NCBI GenBank assembly: GCA_949295325.1 | Contig: CASFKG010000001.1 | Coordinates: forward strand, 263,665 to 327,664 | Source of the DNA: an uncultured bacterium | GTDB taxonomy: Bacteria > Bacillota_I > Bacilli_A > RFN20 > CAG-826 | Direction of reading: 5' to 3' | DNA length: 64,000 nucleotides | In this document: positions 37,684 through 47,368 of the stretch, one piece after another | How positions within the stretch are numbered: position 1 is the stretch's first letter | Layout: every line of letters starts with the position of its first letter | The notes under the pieces: model-generated | What the model was told of the DNA's origin: nothing | Seen by the model: only the letters and a program-made list of their open reading frames with translations | Databases searched by the model: none | Translations under genes and position numbers: made by a program

Positions 37684-39804
37684 CTGCTTCAATAGCTTCT
37701 TGGCCTTGCGGCTTTTCCTTCTGAGTCGGCCAAACCTCAGTAAGAGGGTGGCGAAGAACTCCTCGACCGCTTCCCCGCGGTATAGCCAGTAGGGGAAGGT
37801 TATTTTCATGACGGGGGTCAGCAAGGCGACGAGGTAATAGCCGATGATGACCGCGGCCAATAGCGCGATTACCGCGTAATCGCTTAACGGCCGGATGGCG
37901 CTGCCCACCAAGAACAGCGCGGCGAAAGCCAAGGCACCGGGAATGCAAAATCCCAGCAATACCCCGGCGTAGTACATGGAATTGCGGCCAAAAGCCCGTC
38001 CTTCCGTGCATATCGAGAAGGTAAGGCCGATTACCAATAGGAGGACCGCTAGGCAAAATACGGCGTAACCCGGCACGTAGAAGCAGAGGGCGGAGGCCGC
38101 CAAGACCGCGATGGACCCGGCGATCCTAAGGCCCGGGGATCTAACCGACATCAGGAACCTGGGCAACACGAGGGCGCATATGCCAAGCGAGAAATAGGAA
38201 ACGACGTCGCTTCCGAAACGGGTGCCCATGACCAAAAAGCCGAGGCTCGGGGAACTAGCCGAGAAGGCGAAGAAAAGCACGCACGCCGACATCACTATCC
38301 TCAGGAAATAGGGGACCCTCAGGGGCTTTAGGCTATCGCGGCTGCCGATAGGAAGGTTTACGGGCTCGAGGCTTCCCCTTGCGTCTTCGTCTAGCTTTAC
38401 CAGAAGCGGGAAGATGCCGAGTAATAGGAAGCAGAGCATCTGCACCGTCGTTCCGAAGAACATCGTGTTCTCGCTGAATGAATGGAGGATGGCCCCGATT
38501 ATGATGAACATCGTCGCGCCGGTGGCCCGGTCCCCTTTCTTCATGAGGCGGATGACGTTGATAAGCAGCCACACGAGCAGTCCCATGTAGATGAAGAAGC
38601 CGATGAAGCCGAACTTCGCCACGACGAAGATGAATCCGTTATGGGTGGAAGAAACCCCGACATCGCCCCATTGGTAGGCCCCGAAGGCGGCGGTCAGTAT
38701 ATAGGAGATATACTCCCCTCCCAGCCCGAAGAGCACCGAGTATATGGAGTCCGAGAGCATCCGCATGGTCAGCACCCAGAAGTCGAACCGCGACTCCATG
38801 GTGCTCGAACCGACCCCGAAGATCGAATGGCGGATCTGCGAGCCGAAATTGGCGAGGAAGGGGATGGTGGCGAAGGCTTCCTCGAAGACGACGGGCAGGG
38901 CGACGAAGACGCTTAGGACAAGCAATAAAACGGCGGCCAGCGAGTTCTTCCACGGATGTTCCTTCAGGGTCAAAAAGAAGCGGTATACGAGATAGGCGTA
39001 AAGGAGGACGGCTTCGATGACCATGACCGTCCGGCAGTCGATTAGGACCGTATAGACGGTAAACAGGACCATGAGCAATATGTTGTGAAGCCTATGGTAC
39101 CGGGCATGCAGGTACATCGCCGCGGAGAAGCCGTACTGCATGGCAAGCCCGAAGAGGTTCTTGTTCATGAAGAAGGAAGCAAAGGACCAGGACTGCCCCG
39201 GAAGGGCGGTCTGGGTGAAATAGGTAACGTACTTGTCCCACTCCGAATAGACGGAATAGGCGATGATCGCGAAGATGGCGATGACGAAAAGGCGGCAGAA
39301 GTTGTCGATGGTCCGGCGGGAGCGCACGAACCCGGGGAAAACCGCGAAGAAGAAATAGAGGTAGACCGCGTCGACCACGGCCTTGGCCCCGAACCGGAAA
39401 CGCCCGGACTCGGTTATGTAGTAGGCGTTCCCGGAATTGCTGAAGAAATACCGGTCGGGAAGCAGCATGACCCCGATGACCGCGCATACGGCAAGAACCG
39501 CGGTCCAGGCGAATACCTTGCCTTTGAAACCGATGCCGAAGGCATATCTGGCCAATATCCCGGCGAAGAGGAACCCCAGTCCCACGTAGAAAAGGGAAAG
39601 CACGAACTCCACGAAGGTGAAGTGGTTGGCCCAGGCGGCGTTGAAAAGGGCGATCTCTTCCTGGAAGAAACCGACGAGCACGGTCAAAACGACCATGACG
39701 GCCGTCCCTAGCCAATAGGGTTTCCGGTTCCTCGCGAACAAGTCGCTCCGGCAAGGCTTCCTATCTGACGTCCCGGAGTATTCTAAGGTAGACATCCTTT
39801 CCAA
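37657..39804 (-). CDS. O-antigen ligase/polymerase-like (Wzy_C-type) membrane protein with an extended C-terminal TM region
   Basis: 715 aa, many TM segments. HNGFIFVVAKFGFIGFFIY resembles the conserved Wzy_C/O-antigen ligase loop. Confidence 0.55.
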   Translation of the reverse strand: MERMSTLEYSGTSDRKPCRSDLFARNRKPYWLGTAVMVVLTVLVGFFQEEIALFNAAWANHFTFVEFVLSLFYVGLGFLFAGILARYAFGIGFKGKVFAWTAVLAVCAVIGVMLLPDRYFFSNSGNAYYITESGRFRFGAKAVVDAVYLYFFFAVFPGFVRSRRTIDNFCRLFVIAIFAIIAYSVYSEWDKYVTYFTQTALPGQSWSFASFFMNKNLFGLAMQYGFSAAMYLHARYHRLHNILLMVLFTVYTVLIDCRTVMVIEAVLLYAYLVYRFFLTLKEHPWKNSLAAVLLLVLSVFVALPVVFEEAFATIPFLANFGSQIRHSIFGVGSSTMESRFDFWVLTMRMLSDSIYSVLFGLGGEYISYILTAAFGAYQWGDVGVSSTHNGFIFVVAKFGFIGFFIYMGLLVWLLINVIRLMKKGDRATGATMFIIIGAILHSFSENTMFFGTTVQMLCFLLLGIFPLLVKLDEDARGSLEPVNLPIGSRDSLKPLRVPYFLRIVMSACVLFFAFSASSPSLGFLVMGTRFGSDVVSYFSLGICALVLPRFLMSVRSPGLRIAGSIAVLAASALCFYVPGYAVFCLAVLLLVIGLTFSICTEGRAFGRNSMYYAGVLLGFCIPGALAFAALFLVGSAIRPLSDYAVIALLAAVIIGYYLVALLTPVMKITFPYWLYRGEAVEEFFATLLLRFGRLRRKSRKAKKLLKQSPARFKAE

Positions 39805-40648
39805 TATCCTCGTTCAGTATCTCGTGCCTATAGCCTTCGTAAATCTTCATGTCCACGTCCGCCAATCCCAGTTTCCGGTACATCGCGTAAAGGCGCTTGA
39901 CGCCCTTGCCCATCTCCCCCACGGGGTCGTCCCCGCCGGAAAGTATGTCGATGCGTTCCTTCTTCGAGATGCTAAGGAGCGCTTTGCGGCGGTAAAGGGA
40001 ATCGAGCCCTTCGAAGAAGGAGAGGTAGAAGGAGTTCCGGCAGGGAATCCCGCAGAGGGGGTCTTCCCTATAGGAACGGATGTTTTCTTTATCGACCGAT
40101 AGCCAGGCAAGTTTCTCGTTTTCCTTCTCGAATGGTTTGGCGTATGGTCCCAAGGCCAGGTTTTCGAAGAAGGTCCCGGGCTTATCCATGTCCGATTCGC
40201 GGATAAGCATCCTCGCGAGGAGGTGGGCCAATGCGTACATGGCTTTCCTCGGGCCGTTGCTGCCCATCAGGATGTAGCCGTCCGCCGTATCGGGGTAAAG
40301 TTCTATGTAACGCTGGGTTATGAAGGAGCCGCAGCTATGCCCCATGATGGTTACTTTCCGGTACCTTTCCTTGACGGAAAGCCAAAGCGAATGGACCGCG
40401 GCGGCGGTCTTTTCGAACGCGTGGCGAGGCCACGCTTCGGCGTTTTCTCCGCCGGAGATGTTCTCCCCCTGGCCGAATAAATCCAGGACATAGGTATCGG
40501 CGCCTTCGGAAAGGAGGTATTCGCCAAGGGGCCGGTAGCGGAGACTATGCTCCTGCATGCCGGTTAGGACGATTAAAGCGACCTCGCTATTTCCGGAAAG
40601 GCACATTCTCCCCTTTAGGGGGATATCGGGACTGCAGAAGGCATCCAT
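39761..40648 (-). CDS. Alpha/beta hydrolase (lysophospholipase/monoacylglycerol-lipase-like)
   Basis: GHSCGS nucleophile elbow (GxSxG); 295 aa. Confidence 0.7.
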   Translation of the reverse strand: MDAFCSPDIPLKGRMCLSGNSEVALIVLTGMQEHSLRYRPLGEYLLSEGADTYVLDLFGQGENISGGENAEAWPRHAFEKTAAAVHSLWLSVKERYRKVTIMGHSCGSFITQRYIELYPDTADGYILMGSNGPRKAMYALAHLLARMLIRESDMDKPGTFFENLALGPYAKPFEKENEKLAWLSVDKENIRSYREDPLCGIPCRNSFYLSFFEGLDSLYRRKALLSISKKERIDILSGGDDPVGEMGKGVKRLYAMYRKLGLADVDMKIYEGYRHEILNEDIGKDVYLRILRDVR

Positions 40649-40687
40649 CTTTATAAAATTTACTTACTCCGATATTCTAATTTCGAT

Positions 40688-42283
40688 ATGGAAAATAAAC
40701 CACAGGGAACAAGTTTCAAGAAGCAGGTCGTCTACCAGATATATCCGAGGTCCTTCAAGGATTCGGACGGCGACGGGATAGGGGACATAAGGGGGATAAT
40801 CGGGAAGCTCGACTACCTCTTCGGCCTCGGGATAACCGCGATATGGATATCCCCCTGCTTCAAGTCCCCGATGGAAGACGGGGGCTACGACGTCGAGGAC
40901 TACTACGAAGTCGACCCGCTTTTCGGGACGAACGAGGACCTCTACGAACTGATAGCCAAGGCCAAGGAAAGGGGCATCAGGATCATCCTCGATTTGGTCG
41001 TCAACCACACCTCCAGCCGCCACAGGTGGTTCCGCGAAGCCCTCAAAGGCAGGGACAATCCCTACCACGACTACTACGTCTGGAGCAATACCCCCAACTC
41101 CCTGCGGTCCGTCTTCGGCGGTTCGGCCTGGGAATACGTCCCCGGTCTTAACCAGTACTACCTCCACCTCTTCGCCAAGGGGCAGCCCGACCTCAACTGG
41201 AAGAACCCGAGGCTCCGCGACGAAATAGCGGCCATGATGAACTTCTGGCTCGACAAGGGGGTCTACGGCTTCCGGGAAGACGTCATCGAGAACATCGGGA
41301 AGGAGCCGGAAAAGCTCATAACCACGAACGGTCCGAAGCTCCACGAATACCTGCACGAACTCTATACGAAGGCCTTCAAGGGACGCGACTCCTTCTCCGT
41401 CGGCGAGTGCTGGGATGCCGACAACGTCACGAGGACCCTCTATACCGACCCGGCGAGGGAAGAACTAAACATGGTCTTCCAGTTCGGCTGGTTCAAGGAA
41501 TTCGAAAACACGCCCCACGGCAAGTTCGATAGGCTCAAGCCCGACTGGAAGAGGGTCCGGGACATCCTTTTCGCCCAGCAGACCACTTTGCCCCTCAAGT
41601 CCTGGAACGCGAACTTCTTCTCCAACCACGACTTGCCCAGGCCTTCGGTCAACTTCTCGCCCGACGAGAGGCACCGGGAGGACGTATCCAAGCTCTGCCT
41701 GGCGATAGACCTGTTCATGTCCGGCACGCCCTACATATACCAAGGGGAGGAACTGGGAATGGAACACCCGAGGTTTAAAAGCCTCGGGGAGCTCCGGGAC
41801 GTCGAGGAACTAAACCATTACGAAATCTTCCTGAAAGAGGGCATAGCGGAGGAAAGGGCCTTCGAGATGGTGGCGGCAAACGGGAGGGACAATTCCCGGA
41901 CCCCCATGCAGTGGGATTCCTCGAAGTACGCGGGTTTTAGCACGGCCGAGCCCTGGCTCCCCTTGGCGGAGGACCACCTCAGGCATAACGTGAGAAAGGA
42001 AGAAGGGGATCCCTATTCCGCCTTGAACTTCGCCAAGGCGGCGATAAGGCTCCGGCAGGGCGAAATGCTTTCTACCGTCGCGGAAGGGGAATTCGTACCC
42101 CTATACACGGAGAGGGACGACGTCTTCGCCTTCTTCCTCAAGGGCGAGCATCCCTACTGCTTCTACGCGAATATCTCCGCAAAAGAGGTGGATAATCCCG
42201 GTTTCGGCAAGGAAATACTCTTAGAAAACAAAGGGAGGAAGGCAAGCCTTCCCCCCTATGGGTTCGTGATTTACGTGGACTAG
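40688..42283 (+). CDS. GH13 alpha-glucosidase / oligo-1,6-glucosidase
   Basis: QVVYQIYPRSFKDSDGDGIGDIRGIIGKLDYLFGLGITAIWISP, DLVVNHTS and GFREDV: GH13 regions I-III. Confidence 0.9.
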   Translation: MENKPQGTSFKKQVVYQIYPRSFKDSDGDGIGDIRGIIGKLDYLFGLGITAIWISPCFKSPMEDGGYDVEDYYEVDPLFGTNEDLYELIAKAKERGIRIILDLVVNHTSSRHRWFREALKGRDNPYHDYYVWSNTPNSLRSVFGGSAWEYVPGLNQYYLHLFAKGQPDLNWKNPRLRDEIAAMMNFWLDKGVYGFREDVIENIGKEPEKLITTNGPKLHEYLHELYTKAFKGRDSFSVGECWDADNVTRTLYTDPAREELNMVFQFGWFKEFENTPHGKFDRLKPDWKRVRDILFAQQTTLPLKSWNANFFSNHDLPRPSVNFSPDERHREDVSKLCLAIDLFMSGTPYIYQGEELGMEHPRFKSLGELRDVEELNHYEIFLKEGIAEERAFEMVAANGRDNSRTPMQWDSSKYAGFSTAEPWLPLAEDHLRHNVRKEEGDPYSALNFAKAAIRLRQGEMLSTVAEGEFVPLYTERDDVFAFFLKGEHPYCFYANISAKEVDNPGFGKEILLENKGRKASLPPYGFVIYVD

Positions 42284-43293
42284 ATGATCCCGTCCGGGTT
42301 CTTCAGCTGGAAGTTGTAGGAATCGCGGCAGGCATCCTCTATCGTGAGGCGGGCCTTGTAGCCGAGTTCCCTATAGGCCTTTTCCACGCTCGCGTAGTTT
42401 ACCGCGACGTCGCCGGGACGGCGGTCTTCTATGACGTATGGTATCTTGACGCCGTTGGCCTTCTCGAAGGCATGCACGAGCTCGAGCACCGAGGTGCCCC
42501 GGCCGGTCCCGAGGTTAAATACCTTCGCGCCCTTTTTGCCGTCAAGGGCCTTCAGGGCGGCGACGTGGCCTTCCGCGAGATCCACGACGTGGATGTAGTC
42601 GCGCACCCCGGTACCGTCGGCCGTGTCGTAGTCGTTCCCGAATATATGCAGCTTGTCCCTTTTCCCGATGGCGACCTGGGCGATGTAGGGCATGAGGTTG
42701 TTGGGTATGCCCCTAGGGTCTTCGCCCAATAATCCCGACGGATGGGCCCCGATGGGGTTGAAGTAGCGAAGTATGACCGCGGTAAGCGAGGAAAAGGCCT
42801 TGCAGGCATCCTCCAATATCCTTTCGATCATGGATTTGGTCTCGCCGTAGGGATTGGTGGTCTCCCCGCGCTTGTCGGTTTCGTAAAGCGGAACCCGCTT
42901 CGGGGTACCGTAGACGGTCGCCGAAGAGGAGAAGACGATGTTCTCGCAACCGAATTCCTCCATCGTCTCCAGGAGGGAAAGCGTGGTCATGAGGTTGTTG
43001 CGGTAATACATGATGGGCTTGCTGACCGACTCCCCCACCGCCTTGTAGCCGGCGAAGTGGATGACCGCTTCCGGACGTTCCTTCTCGAAGAGGTCGGCAA
43101 GGGCCTTTTTGTCGCTTACGTCGATGCGGTAGAAAGCCGGGCGGACGCCCGAAAGGGTTTCGATCCTCCCGAGGACCCCGATCTTGGAGTTGTAGAGATT
43201 GTCGGCGATGACGGGCGTATGCCCGCTAGAAATCAGGGCGAGGACGGTTTCCGAGCCGATGAAGCCCAGTCCGCCGGTTACCAGTATTTTCAT
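42280..43293 (-). CDS. galE: UDP-glucose 4-epimerase
   Basis: MKILVTGGLGFIGSETVLAL...YxxxK; 337 aa. The 627-aa ORF in the track is a spurious 5' extension. The real ATG at 43293 overlaps the stop of the upstream gene. Confidence 0.85.
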   Translation of the reverse strand: MKILVTGGLGFIGSETVLALISSGHTPVIADNLYNSKIGVLGRIETLSGVRPAFYRIDVSDKKALADLFEKERPEAVIHFAGYKAVGESVSKPIMYYRNNLMTTLSLLETMEEFGCENIVFSSSATVYGTPKRVPLYETDKRGETTNPYGETKSMIERILEDACKAFSSLTAVILRYFNPIGAHPSGLLGEDPRGIPNNLMPYIAQVAIGKRDKLHIFGNDYDTADGTGVRDYIHVVDLAEGHVAALKALDGKKGAKVFNLGTGRGTSVLELVHAFEKANGVKIPYVIEDRRPGDVAVNYASVEKAYRELGYKARLTIEDACRDSYNFQLKNPDGII

Positions 43294-44090
43294 TTTGCCT
43301 TCTCCTTCTTTGGCTTGGCCTTGGTTTTTGCTTTGGCTTTTTTCTGTCTTATTTCCTTCTGCTTGTTTTCTTCCTGCTTCTTTTCGTTCTGGATGGCGTT
43401 TTTCGCGGTGGCGATGCTTTCCGCCTTGACCGCTTCGGCCTTCTCGAGTTTCTTGCCTTCCTTCTTGCTCACGTCTTTCAGCGACTTGAGCCTCCCGGCC
43501 CCGTACATGTCCTCTCCGATGGCCTCGAGCAGTTTCTTGGCCATGCGTTGGTTTATGCAGGCGGTTACGGCAAGGCGCAGGGCCACGAGGCCCATGGAGT
43601 CCCTGAGGTCCTTCTCCGCGGTCTTGGTATAGGGCCATTTGCTGTTTTTCTTGTAGCGGGAATAGAAATCGGCAACCCTGCTCGCCGTCCGGTTCACCGC
43701 GGTTTCGCTGATGTCCTTCGACATCGAAAAGAAGAAGCGGTAGAGGCGGCTCTTGTCCTTGCTTACCCCTTCGTCGAGGTCGATGAGGGTCATCATCTCG
43801 TCCATCGAAAGGGTTTCCTTGAGAAGCGAGATGAACATCAGGTAGCCCAGATGCTCCTCGTGGTACTTCTTGCCGTCCGGTTCCTTGATTATCTTGGCCT
43901 TGACGTAGTTGTTGACCATGAAGGGGGTAAGGGTCTTTTCCTTGCCCGTGATGGGCGAGACGGTTTCGTTTATGTAGCCGACCACCTGTTCCATGTAGAG
44001 GGGAACCCGCGGCAGCTCCTTGAAACTCGGCAAAGACGAGTCCAAGGACTCGCTTAGCCACTTGAGGTACTCTTCGACCTGCTTTTCCAC
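43290..44090 (-). CDS. Hypothetical protein with a lysine-rich C-terminal tail
   Basis: 266 aa, ending KKQEENKQKEIRQKKAKAKTKAKPKKEKAK. Translationally coupled to galE. Confidence 0.5.
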   Translation of the reverse strand: MEKQVEEYLKWLSESLDSSLPSFKELPRVPLYMEQVVGYINETVSPITGKEKTLTPFMVNNYVKAKIIKEPDGKKYHEEHLGYLMFISLLKETLSMDEMMTLIDLDEGVSKDKSRLYRFFFSMSKDISETAVNRTASRVADFYSRYKKNSKWPYTKTAEKDLRDSMGLVALRLAVTACINQRMAKKLLEAIGEDMYGAGRLKSLKDVSKKEGKKLEKAEAVKAESIATAKNAIQNEKKQEENKQKEIRQKKAKAKTKAKPKKEKAK

Positions 44091-45509
44091 TTAGCAGAGC
44101 TCCTTTTTGAGGAGGGAGGAAATGACGCTCGGGTTGATCTTGCCCCTGCACTTCTTCATGCACTGGCCGACCAGGTACCCAAGGGCCCTGTCCTTCCCGG
44201 CCCTATAGTCCGCGACGGACTGGGGGTTGGCGGCTACCACTTCCCTGACCAGGGAGAGGGCCTCGTCCTCGTTGCTGCTTAGGGCGGCAATCCCGAGTTT
44301 CTCCTTGGCCTCCTCGGGGCTTATGCCCTGCTCGAGGCAGGCATTGAGTATCTTGGCGATCTGCTGGTGGGTAAGTCCTTCCTTGAGGCCATAGGAGACC
44401 ACGTGACCGAAAGCGGAAGGGGCCAAAGGCATTTCGAGGATGGAAAGGCCCTTCTTATTCAAATAGGCATTGCCTTCCACAATGAGGAAGTTCGCGGTTT
44501 CCTTGGGATTGGAGTCCGCGATGGCCTTCTCGAAATAGGAGGCGAAGGCGGGATCGGACAATATCACCGCCGCGTCCTTTTCCGAAAGACCGAGCCCGAC
44601 GTACCTATCAAACTTCGCGTCGTAGAGTTCGGGGGTTTCCCCGATGGCCTCCGCGACGAATTCCTCGCTCAGCCTGATGGGCGGGATGTTGGGTTCGGGG
44701 AAATACTTGTAGTCCACCGCGTCGGTCTTGACGCGCATGAGGACGGTCTCCCCTTTGCTTTCGTCGTAGCGGCGGGTTTCCTGCCTGATCGGTGTTCCGC
44801 TCAAAAGGAGGCGGCTTTGCCGGCGTTTTTCGAATTCGATGGCTTCCTCGATGTTCTTCAGGGAGTTGAGGTTCTTGATTTCGACCTTGGTCCCGAATTC
44901 CTCCTGGCCGTAAGGACGAAGCGAAATGTTGACGTCGCAGCGCAGCGACCCTTCTTCCATCTTCCCGTCGCTTACCCCGGAATAGACGACGATGTTGCGG
45001 ATTGCCTCGACGTAGAGCCGGGCTTCCTCCCCGGAACGGAGCTCGGGGTAGGAGACTATTTCCACGAGGGGAACGCCCGCGCGGTTATAGTCGAGCAGCG
45101 AGCAGTCGCTTAGGTGCAGCTGCTTGCAGGTGTCTTCCTCCATGTGGAGGCGTTCTATCCCGATGCGCCTTGTTCCCTTGGAAGTCTTGATGTCCAGATA
45201 TCCCCGGCTCCCGATGGGCCTTCTTTGCTGGGTGATCTGGTACCCTTTCGGCAGGTCGCTATAGAAGTAGTTCTTCCTATCGAAATGAAGTTCCCTGTCA
45301 ATCGCCATGTGCAGGGCGCTAGATACCTTTATGGCGTTCTTCACCGCTTCGGAATTGACTAACGGCAGGGTGCCGGGATATCCCATGTCGAGCAGGGTTA
45401 CCGCGGTATTGGGTTCTTTCAGCGAAACGTTCGGGGCGCTCGAAAACATCTTGGTCCTGGATTTGGTTTCGACGTGGATTTCCAATCCGATGACCGCTTC
45501 GAAGTTCAT
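44091..45509 (-). CDS. gatB: Asp-tRNA(Asn)/Glu-tRNA(Gln) amidotransferase subunit B
   Basis: MNFEAVIGLEIHVETKSRTKMFS... with a C-terminal GatB/YqeY-like region. Confidence 0.9.
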   Translation of the reverse strand: MNFEAVIGLEIHVETKSRTKMFSSAPNVSLKEPNTAVTLLDMGYPGTLPLVNSEAVKNAIKVSSALHMAIDRELHFDRKNYFYSDLPKGYQITQQRRPIGSRGYLDIKTSKGTRRIGIERLHMEEDTCKQLHLSDCSLLDYNRAGVPLVEIVSYPELRSGEEARLYVEAIRNIVVYSGVSDGKMEEGSLRCDVNISLRPYGQEEFGTKVEIKNLNSLKNIEEAIEFEKRRQSRLLLSGTPIRQETRRYDESKGETVLMRVKTDAVDYKYFPEPNIPPIRLSEEFVAEAIGETPELYDAKFDRYVGLGLSEKDAAVILSDPAFASYFEKAIADSNPKETANFLIVEGNAYLNKKGLSILEMPLAPSAFGHVVSYGLKEGLTHQQIAKILNACLEQGISPEEAKEKLGIAALSSNEDEALSLVREVVAANPQSVADYRAGKDRALGYLVGQCMKKCRGKINPSVISSLLKKELC

Positions 45510-46972
45510 AGGTTGCCCTCCAGGTTGTTTATCACCGACAGCCCGCCGAGGCCGGTTATGCCTTCGATTTCCTTGGCTATCCGGAACATCGTCTTTTCCT
45601 TGAAAGGCGAAAGCGTGAGCGAGACGCCGAGCGGAAGCCCGTCTTCCTTGGCTATAGGAAGCGACATGCTCGGCAGGCCCCCGAAGTTGGCGAGGACGAG
45701 ATGGTTGTCGGCGATCAGGTACTCGTCGCTTAATTTGTCGCTGGAATCGCTGAAGCGCGGGGCGATGGACGAGGCCGCGGGTATTAGCAGGGCGTCGTGA
45801 TCGGACAATATCTCGCTTAGCCTATGGACGACCTTGGCCCTGATCTTCTGCGCTCTCAAAAACAAGACGTCCTGGTTTTCCCTCATAAGGGCAAAGGAGC
45901 CGATGACGAAACGCCTCTTGATCAATTCCCCAAAGCCCTCGGTCCTGCTTCTGGTCATTTCCTCTTCGTAGGTATTGCCGCCCTTGTAGGGACCGAACTT
46001 GATGCCGTCGAGGTTGGCGTCGTTGGAGGTCGCTTCCGCGCAGGATATGACGATGTAGGTCGCATAGAGGCTTTCCAGCAGGTCCTTGCCGAAATAGACC
46101 TTGTCGACGGCCGCACCTTTGCTAGTAAGCGCATCCGCGAGTTTGTCCATCGCGGAAAGCAATCTCTTGTCGCTCAGGCTTTCCTCGATGTCCATGACGC
46201 GGACGAGCCTAAGACCCTCCACGCCCCCGTCTATGCCGGCTAGGCAATCCTCCACGGGTTTATCGGAACTCGTCATGTCGTGGCTATCCCTGCCCGCAAG
46301 CAAACCCAGCATATAGGCCGCGTCCTCGACGTAGCGGGTGAAATAGCCGACATGGTCGAGGCTTGGGGCAAACGGGAAAAGCCCGTAGCGGGAGATGCGT
46401 CCCCAGGTGGGCTTTATGCCGACGAGGCCCCCGAGGGAAGCCGGGCGCCGGACGGAGTCGCCCGTGTCGCTTCCTAGGGCGAAGGGCACGATTCCGCTTG
46501 CCAGGGCCGAAGCGGACCCGCAGCTCGAGCCGCCGATCATCCTTTCATGGCTAGGGTCATAGGGGTTGAAGGTCTTCCCGAGATGGCCCGAGGTGCCGGT
46601 TCCGCCCATGGCGAGTTCGTCCATGGTCGTCTGGCCGAGCAATACCGCCCCGCTGGCCTTGAGGCGCGAAGTGGCGGTCGATTCGTACAAAGGCCTGTAT
46701 CCCTTGAGGATGTTGCTGGAGGCCCTCGTCTCTATCCCCTTTATGGAGAAGTTGTCTTTCGCCAGATAGGGAACGCCGGAAACGAGGCTCTCGGTGATGA
46801 CGGCTTTGTCCGCTTCTTCCCTGGCCCTATCATCGAGCAGGGATTCGAAGCAGTTGTCCTTGTTGGAAGTAGCCCTGCCGATGGCCGTTTCCACGAGGCC
46901 GCGGGGGGTAACCTTGCCCTCGAGCAAGGCGACGTGAATTTCCCGCAATGGCAAATCGATATAGTCCATCAT
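45506..46972 (-). CDS. gatA: Asp-tRNA(Asn)/Glu-tRNA(Gln) amidotransferase subunit A
   Basis: Amidase signature GGSSCGSASALASG; 488 aa. Confidence 0.9.
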   Translation of the reverse strand: MMDYIDLPLREIHVALLEGKVTPRGLVETAIGRATSNKDNCFESLLDDRAREEADKAVITESLVSGVPYLAKDNFSIKGIETRASSNILKGYRPLYESTATSRLKASGAVLLGQTTMDELAMGGTGTSGHLGKTFNPYDPSHERMIGGSSCGSASALASGIVPFALGSDTGDSVRRPASLGGLVGIKPTWGRISRYGLFPFAPSLDHVGYFTRYVEDAAYMLGLLAGRDSHDMTSSDKPVEDCLAGIDGGVEGLRLVRVMDIEESLSDKRLLSAMDKLADALTSKGAAVDKVYFGKDLLESLYATYIVISCAEATSNDANLDGIKFGPYKGGNTYEEEMTRSRTEGFGELIKRRFVIGSFALMRENQDVLFLRAQKIRAKVVHRLSEILSDHDALLIPAASSIAPRFSDSSDKLSDEYLIADNHLVLANFGGLPSMSLPIAKEDGLPLGVSLTLSPFKEKTMFRIAKEIEGITGLGGLSVINNLEGNL

Positions 46973-47265
46973 CCCACCACCTTCGGAATCTTGATTTGGT
47001 TCATGTAGGTCGAACCGGCATTGCTTAGCGCCTCGGAAACGGTAAGCACTTCCCCGGGTTCGTCTTCCCGCATCTCCGTTACCGACACGTCGAAGGGGAA
47101 GGTCATGGGCTCGTAATCCTCGAGGCCTTCTATTTCCCCTATCTTCTCCATTTGCTTGGTCAGTACCTTGAACTCCTCTAGCAAAGTCAGGTACTCGCTT
47201 TCTTCCATCTTGAACAGGAGCCTGGTCGAGGCATCCTTCAAGACATCGAGGTCAACTTTCTTCAT
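46969..47265 (-). CDS. gatC: Asp-tRNA(Asn)/Glu-tRNA(Gln) amidotransferase subunit C
   Basis: 98 aa, overlapping the gatA start; conserved gatCAB order. Confidence 0.75.
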   Translation of the reverse strand: MKKVDLDVLKDASTRLLFKMEESEYLTLLEEFKVLTKQMEKIGEIEGLEDYEPMTFPFDVSVTEMREDEPGEVLTVSEALSNAGSTYMNQIKIPKVVG

Positions 47266-47300
47266 GTCCGCAAAATGGTATCACAAACCATATCGAAAAT

Positions 47301-47314
47301 CCCCCATATGGGGG
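47301..47314. repeat. Perfect 14-bp palindrome CCCCCATATGGGGG between the surface-gene terminator and the gatC start
   Basis: Read directly. Confidence 0.5.
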
Positions 47315-47324
47315 ATGGACGTGC

Positions 47325-47348
47325 AAAAAAGGGCAGGTTGCCCTGCCC
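47325..47348 (-). terminator. Rho-independent terminator (GGGCAGGttgCCCTGCCC hairpin followed by U6 on the minus strand)
   Basis: Read directly: aaaaaa gggcagg ttg ccctgccc, 20 nt downstream of the surface-protein gene stop. Confidence 0.7.
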
Positions 47349-47368
47349 CATTGGATGCGGATTGCCTA

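Noticed and set aside
42280-44163. A 627-aa ORF whose N-terminal ~290 residues are low-complexity and rich in R, G, Q, H and E
   Set aside because: Only the last 337 codons are GalE (MKILVTGG...). The extension runs antisense or out of frame through the real upstream gene (43290-44090). It is a typical high-GC artefact.
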